From Antedon mediterranea (taxonomy: Eukaryota; Animalia; Echinodermata), in NCBI RefSeq assembly GCF_964355755.1, contig NC_092676.1, positions 9,401,888-9,465,887 of the forward strand: a stretch of 64,000 nt of DNA, in the 5' to 3' direction. Numbering within the stretch: the stretch's first letter is position 1; each line of letters starts with the position of its first letter. Shown here one piece after another: positions 27,001 through 37,800 of this stretch. The notes under the pieces were generated by a model. It searched no databases, was not told the origin of the DNA, and worked only from the letters and a program-made list of their open reading frames with translations. Both the position numbers and the translations under genes were made by a program.

Positions 27001-28244
27001 ACCAATGCCGTCTTTTGTGGTTTCCTGAAGCATTTCCATTGGACGTCAGAAACTCACATGGTAAAGTTGGAGTTTCACAGCAACAAAGGCACAAACAAAA
27101 AAGGATTCCAAGCGAAATATGAGAGCATTGAGACAGAAACAAACGGATATGGTTAGTGGAGTATACGTATACTGTGTTTGTTTTTATTACAAGCAAATAA
27201 TAGGCCTAATATACTAATTTACATATTTACAATAATTATACTTTGAATGGGCCGAGCCTAAACCCAGTAAGGAAAGGTTGATTTGCGTGAATTGGATATG
27301 TGTGCACGTGTATTCATATTATTTGTATCTACTTCCTGCGAAGCGAAAGAAATGCACAGCTAACCAGGCAGTTCGACGCGATTCACACTATTGCATTTTA
27401 AATTACATACCTTACATATTCACTTGGCTATTGATGTTGCTGGCGGCGTTTATCTCTCTTAAAAAAGTTAAAAACAAAAATTGACTATATTAAACCATTT
27501 TTTTTCATTCATTTAGTGCCAAGTTGCGGTATGACAATGTCTAAAAATGGAGGTATAATTGTGTCACCAAGCTACCCGGACCCTTACAAAAATAACTTCG
27601 AATGTGAAACCGTTATCCAAGCTAAGCAATCAGATGTAGTTGAACTTACTTTGAAAGAGTTTGAAGTTGAGTTTCACAACTCTTGTATATATGACTACTT
27701 GCAGGTACATTAATTTCATTATTCAAATATTGTAAAGCAATATAGGCCTAATCAGTAATAAGTAATACCGTATTTATTCGAATTGTTGTGATGTTTAATG
27801 TGTATAATTAATGTGTTACTTGTGTATTATGCGCATGTGATAGGGCATTATACGACGAAATAAATAAACGCCCGGGGCGTTTATTCGGGAGCAGGGTAGG
27901 GATTAAAAAAATGACCTAATGTTAACAAACCCCAAAACTAATTTTACTTCCAAAGTACTCCTTGTATATAAAGAACCAATGTACCTACTATAGTTGATTG
28001 ATCTTGCCCCGGTGTCCTTCTTCTTCTATATAGGCCTATTTATTTTTACCAACACTTATTATGCTTTTTCGATTGTTTGCAGATCACGGAGACTCAAGAC
28101 GGAAATGTAGAGGACCCACTATGTGGCTCAAGAACAGGCGACGTTCTCGAATTTACTGGCGGGATCAAACTGCTGTTTCACAGTGATAGCTCCGAATCAG
28201 ATAAAGGGTTCAAAATTTCTTATAGAGTAGTCAAAGCAGCGTAG
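74..28244 (+). CDS. ADAMTS13: ADAMTS13-like metalloprotease, copy A (5'-partial; 18 exons, ~872 aa in window)
   Basis: GT-AG exons in continuous frame: 74-204, 5892-6053, 6830-6967, 13104-13251, 13910-14008, 14500-14648, 14800-14863, 15841-15949, 16460-16605, 21808-21931, 22359-22436, 22618-22772, 24096-24371, 25756-25891, 25980-26161, 26980-27151, 27517-27704, 28083-28244 (TAG); 2619 nt total. Zinc motif HEMGHN|LGMFHD, Met-turn IMS, disintegrin-like [15 protein letters not shown]1 [11 protein letters not shown], Cys-rich GCDG..FDRCG, spacer IPIGATS/IKGPT, two more TSP1 and two CUB domains. The terminal CUB pair is characteristic of ADAMTS13. Confidence 0.9.
1405..4480 (-). mobile_element. 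Degenerate APE-RT LINE (CR1/L2/Jockey-group) with N-terminal 2A-like motif
   Basis: Frameshifted ORFs: FLNVRS (endonuclease start), [55 protein letters not shown]; A-rich 3' tail near 1405-1430. Confidence 0.9.
2968..3249 (+). mobile_element. tRNA-headed SINE (CORE-like) nested in the LINE
   Basis: A-box-like TGGCGCTGTGTG, B box GGTTCGAATCC, CORE-like TCCTTAGGCAAGATACTT, 3' GCGCTATATAAGA and (TAT)n tail. Confidence 0.7.
4657..4735 (-). pseudogene. tRNA-derived sequence (SINE head or pseudo-tRNA)
   Basis: Minus strand GTTCCGTGGCGCATTGGTTAAAGCG...GAGTTCAAGTCTC (A and B boxes), but no clean cloverleaf. Confidence 0.45.
5172..5337. repeat. Fold-back (palindromic) MITE-like element
   Basis: ATAAGATTTAACATCCCC ... 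GGGGATGTCAAATCTTAT imperfect inverted arms. Confidence 0.5.
7437..8856 (-). mobile_element. Non-autonomous Helitron
   Basis: 5' end TCTATATATAAATTA (minus) at 8856; 3' GCTCGCTTCGCTCGC hairpin at ~7440-7473; internal short tandem repeats 7850-8100. Confidence 0.55.
9192..12686 (-). mobile_element. Probable Helitron relic interrupted by the Rex1-like LINE
   Basis: 5' end at 12643-12686 nearly identical to 8813-8856; GCTCGCTTCGCTCGC..CTAG hairpin at ~9198-9229. The pairing of these two ends is inferred. Confidence 0.4.
9503..11865 (-). mobile_element. Degenerate Rex1/Babar-like LINE
   Basis: [55 protein letters not shown] (endonuclease end), NNKPW; (ATTGA)n tail at ~9503-9517. Confidence 0.9.
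17157..17700. mobile_element. Kolobok-like MITE (TTAA TSD)
   Basis: TTAA|AGATGTATTGTCCC...GGGACAATACATCT|TTAA; near-identical copy at 37504-38034. Confidence 0.75.
17851..20430 (-). mobile_element. Academ-type DNA transposon relic (XPG-like domain and Cys-rich finger fragments)
   Basis: Minus-strand fragments [60 protein letters not shown]; TAG terminus at 17851. Confidence 0.65.
18500..19405. repeat. ~70-bp minisatellite inside the Academ-like relic
   Basis: Repeated AATTACCTGCCATCAATATGATGGATTATGATTATAGATTTAAAAA...GCTACATTTG; also a ~200-bp block at 18667-18870 duplicated at 19791-20003. Confidence 0.85.
22850..23820 (+). mobile_element. 5'-truncated LINE (L2/Crack/Daphne-like) 3' end
   Basis: ORF 22897-23469 ([36 protein letters not shown]) followed by a structured 3' UTR, AATAAA and short-repeat tail. 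Confidence 0.8.
24512..25606. mobile_element. Mutator-like fold-back element with 10-bp TSD
   Basis: ~88-bp near-perfect TIRs GGGTGTCACGAAACCTAAGACC...; TSD GATGATCACA at 24502-24511 and 25607-25616; internal inverted arms ~24600-24860 and ~25050-25280. Confidence 0.85.
26397..26468 (+). tRNA. tRNA-like gene with ATC anticodon (Asp/Glu-related; likely pseudo or TE-borne)
   Basis: 72-nt cloverleaf: acceptor GCCCCAG/TTGGGGC, anticodon stem TCTGC/GCAGG with loop ATATCAA, T-arm CCGAG-TTCGAGT-CTCGG, followed by TTTTT; flanked by (TA)n. Confidence 0.55.
26678..26792 (-). ncRNA. Two degenerate minimal hammerhead-ribozyme motifs (Penelope-like LTR relic)
   Basis: Minus strand CTGATGA-A-GGGC-TAGTGTT-GCCC-GAAA-GC-TC (26708-26678) and TGC-CAGATGA...GAAA-CG-TC-GCA (26792-26764). 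Confidence 0.5.
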
Positions 28245-30896
28245 ACTACGGCTACCAATCCCAAGGCCATTATAAATATTATTCAAAAAAATGACTGAAC
28301 TAATATTTAGTCTATCAAATCGTAATATTCTTATTAATATTATTAAAATATTAAATTATATTGCTTGCATTATACACGCTTTGAAATCAATATTTTCTCT
28401 AACATCATTTAATAATTAAAATTGCTATAATGTTCCGGTGTACTCCACCAAACGATTTGTTTTATACATTGACACATTGCTAATACAAATATTGATGTTG
28501 TAATCAGTATTAAAATAAGTTTATATTTTTACACACTTATTAATAATAATTAATATATTTGATAGTGGTCTGTAATGCATTACACGACACCTCTGAGTTA
28601 CTAAATAAATTAACTATATCTGCAACTATGTCTAATTTCATTCAATCGTACAACCATAAAAAGGTAACTCAAGTGAGTAGGTACAAAGCATTACCATTGC
28701 AACAATGCACGAACAAACAAAAAAACTTAAATAGAACAAGGCCATATACATGCCTGCAGTCGCGTGCTCAAGTTAGCGTTTTATGCACGCGACTCACAGA
28801 GCCGTACTGTATACTGATCGCATACTGCGAATGGTGCGAAGAATCCCAATTAGCGCACCAATGATAAGAGATAGTTTAAATAATCCATCGCTTGTGAATG
28901 GTCAAATAAACTGCGTTGCGCTTAGCTGTACGTCCTTACGTTAGAGTCCTGGTAGTGAGAACTAAGCTTTATATAGAAAGCTTTCGATTTGCGACTACCG
29001 ACGACTACTACATCATAGAAATTCAATGTGTATATGAGTGAATATTGGGATGTGTTTCCTCGGTCATCCTCGTCAATACCAAAATAATTTTGAAAAAAGT
29101 AGCTGGTGGTCCAACCTAAAATGCCACTTATAATTTGCATTATGAAACAAAATATAGCTGAGCTAAGATCATTTTTGAATAAAATTAGCTGCTATTTTAA
29201 CAAGTTGCATGACTTTAAGGTCAGACATAATAGAACAAAATACAATAAAACATTTTCGGAACGATTTTTTTAAAACCGTATTTTAAATTTAAATGAATTC
29301 TAGAGTTGGTCAGGCGAAACTTGAAATAGTCTATATTTCGAAGTTAGTGTTTATTCATAAGAAAAAGCAAGTATTTTTTAATAATTAATAAAAGTGGACC
29401 TTTTTGTCATGTTGCGGGCCGATTTGATTTTCAGTGGTTAGCGACGAAATGGAATTGATCTAAAACTGTGATTAAATTCGGTATTAAAGTGGTATGGACA
29501 ACTTCCTTTTTTGGAATAGCGTTTAACTGCACCTTTTTAAATTGAAAGCAACGGTCGCTTAAAAACCAATATAAATGGTTACTTAAAATAATGTTCGGCA
29601 TTGGTTTGCAGTGATGACAAACGCATCAACATGGGTCTGAAGTAACCGACAGCTCTCTACCAGCGTACCCACAATTATAGTGTACACCGTAAGTTTCAAG
29701 TTTATGTAGTTACTCAGACAAAACTCAGACTTGTAAATACGATTAATAACCCGTACTACGTACTTGTATCCACGTGAATAAATACCATTGCGCAAATGCG
29801 AATATACTGTACAATGATCACCTAGGTATAGTTTTCACCTTTAATAGTACTGTACGTGATGAATGATGACTATCGATTTTAATTAACGGAATCATTAATT
29901 TGTTTTCGACGTGTAAGACGAAACATTGCACTATGTCACTTTATTATTACACCGGTTTTTAGTTTGTAAACTATCAGCTGAATGGACAACGTGTAACCGT
30001 AACCTTTATAAAGTATGACATATGTATTGATTCTATACTCATTTTGTAACTTTAAATATTAAAAAAACACACACAATAATTTAAGAAAATAATAAATACG
30101 ATTGGTAAAGTTGTATCACAAAAAACACAATTAGTAATATAATGTCATTGAAAGCATCAAAACCAGTTTTGATACATCGACTGAATGGTATACAATTATA
30201 TTTAATTTGATTTTAGCAGCTAATACCGCAGTGCTATATTGTAAGTGTAACAACCTATTGAGCTTTCTCTAACACTGGTAATACCATTTTAATCATTCCA
30301 CAGGAGAATTGTATTTAGGTATGTTAGTTTAATCAAGAATATAGATAGATAGTCAGCTAGTTTTAAAACGGTTAACGAACTTCTACTAATTATATATTAT
30401 TTAAAATGTCTTGTGATCACCGCATAGACCGTCTCGTCGTGTGTATCAGCGTTTCTTCGTCGTCGATGCTCTGGTCTCAGTGGCTTTATACATTTGTAAA
30501 CGGCATAATTAAAGAGAAGAAAAGGATACGAAGAGTATAGTATATCGTATTATATATAACGTTATACAGATTAGTCGATTGAAAGATTCAGTTTAGAAAC
30601 AAGAATTTAAACTTTATAATTAATCAAATATACTGAAAACTTTGAAAGTTCCATATAATCCTACCTGAATAATCATTGGTTGATAGTAAAAATAGAACAA
30701 GATGACGTAACAGTTACAGATTCAGACGATAACCATCGTAACAGACTTTAGCATGACGTCAGTCGAATATAATAAACCACAATAGTGTCTGTGTTAAGCA
30801 CATTAAAACAAAGTAGATCTTATAATTGAAGAATGTCTAAAAGTTTTGGCGCGAGGTAGCGTATTTTAGCGTTACATTTACATTTTTACTTTGACA

Positions 30897-32203
30897 ATGG
30901 ATAATGCTGTAATACCAAAGGACATGATACATCTAGATGCCTTGTTACCTAATGGTGTTCCGCTACTTTCTTTAGATGTTCTCCAGCCATTGTTACAAGA
31001 TAACCAACAGGTAAGCATTGGTACACATAGGGATTATACTATACCATTTATAAGTCGTGGTAGACGACTTAGTTCCAACTCCATAACCGAAATTTACTCT
31101 TTAAGAACATGTTTGTATTCCCATATTTGAAATGACGTTCGAAACATTCCACTTCTTTTGAAGTTTGTCCTAACATAATTCTAATTTTAAAGAATAATAT
31201 GAACGTACGTACAATTTGAAGCAACAATTACATGGTCATTTTATCAGTAAAACATTTACCAATACTACATAACCTATTGTATGGAGCACAACAACAACAT
31301 AGAGTTGTCTGCGCAAAGAACTCCGTAGTAATATGAGGTTTATTGAGAAAGTACAAACATTACAACATGATGCTATTAAAGCACAGCTGTTTTATCAGTT
31401 TATCCATATTCATTCGTTGTTTTTAGGTTAAACTTGGAAAGGGTGCATTTGGTGAAGTATTGCTGTGTCGTCTTGGTGGGGAAAATGGTGAACTGGTCGC
31501 TGTGAAAAGGTGCTTATTAGCTGAAAATGACAAGATACAAAGATGTATTGATAAGCTTCAAGTAAGCATTGAAGCAAGAACTCAGATGATGTTGTCTGCT
31601 GAGATATGCGACGTGTTCCCGCGTGTTTATGGTACCTGCACATACGGCACGAGCGATGGGATCATAATGGAATTTATTGGGGATTCATCAACATTCGAAA
31701 CTGTAACGTTATACGATGTTATTACCAAAAACATGGTTCATCTATCTTTAACTGATGGATTTCACTGCGCACTAGATATTGCAATTGGAATCAAAATTTT
31801 GCAGACATTTGGTTTGATTCACAACGATCTAGCAAGCAGAAATATACTTCTACATAAATTCGATCACCACTGGGCAGCAAAGATTACGGACTTTGGCTGT
31901 GTGTGTTCATCGGCCGTTCCTTACGACGTATTCCAATTGAATGACACACCACCAGACGAAAGAACCGGGCGGATTATCAAATACCGCGAATACGCACCGG
32001 AACGATTTTATCCGGAGTCGCCACCAACATTTGCGTCAGATATTTACAGCCTAGGAATCATCATTGTCAACATTGCTGATCATGTCAACTCCAACTTTCT
32101 ACGATGTGTCGGTAAATTATGCTCGAGTGCGGATCCGAAAGACAGACCAAGAATTGAGTATATAGAAGAAAGGTTGTTATCAGGAATCAAATGTATTCGA
32201 TAA
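30897..32203 (+). CDS. Kinase-domain-only tyrosine kinase-like (TK/TKL) protein kinase, non-RD, ~296 aa, 2 exons
   Basis: Exon 1 30897-31010 (ATG..CAG|GTAAG); exon 2 31427-32203 (TTTTAG|). Motifs LGKGAFGEV, VAVK, IHNDLASRNIL, KITDFG, YAPE, SDIYSLG, DRP. Confidence 0.88.
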
Positions 32204-34799
32204 AATACAGTACATGATAGAGTTGAAGAATTTCATAAATAGGCCTATAACACCTACCAAAAATCATCATAGTTTTTAAAACGTTTCTATTGTTTTGATA
32301 TTGTTAATAGCTATACAATCTAATTTGCTTTATAATAGCCTATGTGTCAAATTAATTCACTGAAACGTTTTTCTATTAATAATCGAAAGCTACTAGACAC
32401 TGAATAGAAACAATGGCCTACCACTTACGTTAATTACAGCAGATTTAGTTTTAAAAAAATACAGACAATTGGCCAAGGATCAAAACTAAATACGTCTGCG
32501 TGACGAAGAGATTAGTTATTTATCAGATATCACAACGACGGACTATCGAAACTGTCGTTTGTCATTGGTCAATTCGCTTGCCTTCCGTCTCAGTTTGTTG
32601 CGTCAAGGTAGTTTATTTTGGATCCGCCCATGGGTTCAAAATCGACGGTTCATGCGCAATTAAAATGTGTAAACAAATAGAGTAAGATTTACAATAACAA
32701 TATACAATAAATTGTATAAAAATATTTATAATTATATAAATTTACCGGCAAAAAAATAATAATTGTTTTAACGTTTAAGATGAGGAATAAAGCCGCCGAA
32801 CAAGATTTAAATCCAGGTTCTTCTGATGGAGACATTTTATGGTATTTGGATTTCAGTTTATTTGGATGGCTTAAGTAGGCCTACTCCAACCTTGTTGAAT
32901 TGAATAATTCAGGAAACTAATAATAATATACGGATATAGTAATCGGTGCTAAGGCGTGAATATAATAGTTTCCGCTTTATATTTACGGCGCGCCAAAACT
33001 CATACCTATATCCAGGATCGAAAGAATGAGATTACGTTGATTCCTTGATATTAACACTGCATTCATTTCAATTGGTTTTTGTTGATCTGAAAAAAACAAT
33101 AGAATTGCTGAAATACCAGTCTTTTCCAGCTCATCACAAATTGTTTTTTTCTCTGATATGGTTTTCACTTTTTTAATAAATTTAAATATAGAGAGACAAA
33201 ATGTGTTGTCTTTTTTATAGTGTCAACATAGCCTACAGCATTATTTCCAGCTTATTTCCAACAAAATGTCTACCAATCTAAAGGACAATTACAAGTTGTT
33301 CTTATTCAACTTTGGTGAAAGTAAAGTAAGAAAACTTTCTTAACAAAAATCTCCATTTGCGCATCCAATAGAAAAATAAAAAAAATTTCAATTTTGTAAA
33401 TAATTATTACCTTGAAACTATCAATAAACATAATTAATGAAAACAATACATTATATGCCTTTACTTAACATTGAAAAACTGGCCCAATGTAATACCGAAT
33501 TCTTGGAGAAACCACGGACATACACACAGACAGGCAATACTTTTGCCTTTGGTAGATAATCCAGTTACCTTGGAAATTAATGCTAACCACGACAGCGACA
33601 AAGAAACGCACACTTTACACAAAGATCAATAACGAACAAAGTTCAGATATTCCAAAATGTAGGCCACTATCCCTATCCTTTTCCACACAATACACATTAC
33701 TCGGACGCAACCAGTAATCGAGCAAGCCCACAGATTAGAATGTCAACACCCACTTAACCTGACAGCACTAATAGAAACTCCAATAAACCAATGGAAATAG
33801 TTGTAAGTAAGGGAAATATAGGCTTAAATATGAATAATAGGATAGAAGTGAGTGTATGCCCATTTTTAGTAATAACCTGGAATAATCCAAAAGAAACCCC
33901 AAAATAACTACTCCACTGCAATGATTCAAAGAATATGTGGTAAACAGTAGTATTACTAATTGACTCATCTTTAAACCGTCAGGTAAAATTAAAATAATTA
34001 TTTAAATGATTTCATTTTAATCAAAACAAATAAAATGTGATGTGTCCAATTTTAAAAAAAGGGTATAAAAATGAAAAGTTTGACATCACCCAAAAAAGTA
34101 TCACAAATCATGTAAAATGTCACTTAAATTATCGAGAATGAAATAATAAAAAAAACAATTATTTATTTATTATCCCTTTAATAATAAAGTAAATCGATGT
34201 AATATTATACTTCATTAAAAAATACATTACACAGCGTGTTTAATCATGGTCTTGATACAGGTAGGACACTTACCATCGTTTAATTCCACTAAATGTTGGT
34301 TTTAGTCTAATAATATTACCTATATTACCCGAATTATATTTAAGTTTATAATATAATAGGCTTACATACTAATCGCAATGAGATATTACGTAATAGTCAA
34401 CGAAAATAATATAAACTCAACTACAATATGATAAGCTATACTATAATTATTACGGTTAAGTAATATATCGTACCGTCGGGAATGCAATCTAAACTCTTGT
34501 TATATAAATACCATGATTGGTTAAATTTATCTCATTTTTTATATTAAAAGTTAAAATTATGATTAACTACCCATATGGTCTGTATAAAGCAATGGCGCAT
34601 CCTCAAACTGTTACCGGTATATAATATAACACAGAGCCTCATATTTGATAGTATAAGACAATTTAACGTTGACCTTATGCAGTGGACAGATAATAGTTCA
34701 TCGACTTTTCAGTGGGTTGGACTTAAGCACACATGCTTATGGAGGGAATAATCGGAAGTTGACGGAAGATGAGTTTGCCTCTGACACGCCGCTTCAATG

Positions 34800-34810
34800 C
34801 CAATATAAAC
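34800..34810 (+). promoter_or_regulatory. Candidate CCAAT/TATA core promoter of ADAMTS13-like copy B
   Basis: CCAATATAAA about 90 nt upstream of the ATG at 34894. Confidence 0.35.
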
Positions 34811-34893
34811 GCCACCTCTTTTTCAAATCGTAGTAGATCTGGAAATATCGCATTATTGACAGTTTATTATAGAGAATAAAATATATCAGTAAA

Positions 34894-37800
34894 ATGCTGA
34901 TGGATTCACTGAAGGCGTTGTTATTCTTGGCTTTGTCTATATTTATCTTACGTGCGAATAGTTTTAAGGTAAGTAAGCCTAACAATTATATTTCCGATAG
35001 ATGGAAAGATATTTCTCTACATTTTGTAAATGTGTTTTAAAGCAGAGCAAGAATAAGGCTTCTTTTGTTCCGGAACCTAACCCTTTCTCTCCCCTTTAAG
35101 AAAACATAAATATATAATATAAACAATTTTTAGTTTCAGTAGTTTATATCAGTTGCTGCTTTTACTTTTTTTTCAAAAACTTTTCCAACTTTCGTAAGTC
35201 CGAAGTGTAAGTGATAATATTGCCAAACTTTTGACAGTTTTGAGTCTAGTGACATGCATTTATGGACAAAATGCATTAGCCTAAGCTCTGTTTACACTAT
35301 CAAATTAGTTTGATCAAAAAGTGTGATGTATTCAAATCTGGTAGTAATATGCCTAAAATGTGATGTGATGTCCATATGTGCACATCACATTTTTTTTAAA
35401 CATAAAGTTTGATAGTCGAGACAAATCTTAAGACCTATCATTAATATCTATCACTTAATATATTAAATTTTTATGATTATTCCATATTTCTTTTGATAAA
35501 AATAAGCTGTGTAATAAGAGATGGGGATACCTAATTATGTATTTATTATAATTATTATTATTTATTATTTCATGTTTGTTAAAAAAATATTATAAATTGA
35601 AATTTCTAAAGGTTTTAGGCTTATTAGCTGCAATATATATTACAACATTATTTAAATTTACACAATTAAAGAAATAATATTAGATTAAGATTAATTGATA
35701 ACGTATGATACAGTCGTCACTAAATTACCATGATACTGGACAATTGTATACATAGATTGTAGAGAGTTATGTGACAATTTAGACCTACATCAATAATTAC
35801 AGACTGGAATGTGAAGAGATTTAGAATTTTAAAATGTAACGAGCTCAAAACGGTTGTTTAATGAGCTGTGATAAACAAGTCATATTATCGTAATAATATA
35901 TGTGTCAACATTATGACAGTTAAAAAATTATGAAAACTAACATGATCTTATTTTTAGTATAAATAATATTTGCAAATTAAGTCCAAATAGTGTATTTTGT
36001 TACTTAATAGAGGAAAAATTAAAATATAAAATTGATAACATTATGGTCACTTATTATATTTATCGAAATATTTATCTATCTTATGATAACTTTATATCTC
36101 CCACTCGGGCTTAAAATTAAATCGATTCTTTATCGATATCGTGTTAATCTTCACTATTGATTAATCTCCGCTATCGATTGATTATCGCTATCGATTAATA
36201 ATCTTTATAGATTGATTCTCACAATTTTTAGTCACTGATATTGATTAATAACCGCTAATGATTAATCCCAATATCGAATAATCACTACTATCGATTAATC
36301 ATTGCTATTAATTGATTATCGTTATTGATGTGTCACCTCTATCGATTAATCCCACTATCGATTAAAGCAAAAGGATTCAATGCATTTGTTTGGTTTATTA
36401 TCCCTGTAGACCAGAAGATTGTTCAATATCCTATGTCATTTTCTTCACTACTAGGACTAATGCTAATTTCCTATTTTTTCAGATTGAGGATCTAACCAAA
36501 GATGACCTATTTCACTATTTTGGAACAATAGAACATTCTCAAGGTAAAATGGTTTCTTGTGCATTGTAGACCAATTCTTGCAAACCTTTAAAGATATATT
36601 GTCCTCCTGATTTTTTTTAATGTTTATTATGCCATAATGCCACTTTAATAAAAATAATTTAACTAAAAATATATTTATCTGAAAAACTGAATTTAACTAT
36701 ATTAAGGCAAAAAATAGTTAAATTAACCGTTAATGTTCTCTTGTTATAATTGAAAAAATATTTTGTTTTATCTTCTTTCAATGGAAGTGATTAGGCCTAA
36801 CTTGATTAAACTGCGAAATGGCCTAGTCAACTCTTTTTTTTAATTAATCTGTATTGTCATGTTTTGGGTGGACAATACATCTTTATATTTGACCAATTCT
36901 TGCCACGTCTGAATAACAACACTCCTGAATTGTATCAATAATTAATTAACTATTTTCTCTTCCTAAGTTTCTGGATATGACATTACATCTGTAACTCGAC
37001 GTGATACGGGAATCAACAAACGATCAGTTGAAGCCACCGCTATTTATTCTTTCAACGCACTCGGAGAAAAGTTCCATCTCAATTTAAAGATGAATTTAAG
37101 TAAGTAATATTATGATTTGATTATTTTAACACGCATATACTGGTTCTTGTCAATTAGTGCTAATGATATACTATTATAAATTACAATTTACGTCATATTC
37201 GTGTTTATTAGTTGACATTTTCAAATTCAATTATTCAAGTATTCAATTTTATTTTCTGTGTAAAAATATTGAGTACACAAGCTTTATTATTGATTTATTT
37301 AAAATAAAAAAATAGATACAACAAATTCGCCTATAAAACGGGTCATCCAAGAGAAAAATTGAAAAAAAAAACCAACAAAATCAGATTTACACAATATAGT
37401 CAAATTAATCCTTCTTTCTTTTTCAGGGAATTTATTCAATTAAATTCAATTCAAGTATATGGGCAATTGACCCTAGTACAACAAATAATAGACTGTAACT
37501 TAAAGATGTATTGTTCCTTGAAACAAAACAAAAATGAAGGTCAAAAATATTCTAAATTTAAATTGGCCATATCAAAGTAAAATTAAAGTTATTCAGTTTA
37601 AGTCGAAAGTTTACGTAATTAACAGGTAAATTAGTTTGATAACATTTCGTCTGCAAAATCGTCGCGAGCGAAAGTAAACAAAGATTTCAAACCACGAGTA
37701 CGAATTATGCATATGCTAATTAGGATTATTTACAACTCGTCACAGTTGAGAAGGTATTTTCACACAGATCGTGAGGAAGTTTTATGAAATATGCATACAG

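Noticed and set aside
33560-33980. Hydrophobic minus-strand reading frames between the kinase and copy B
   Set aside because: Interrupted by stops, no splice-consistent model and no recognisable motif.
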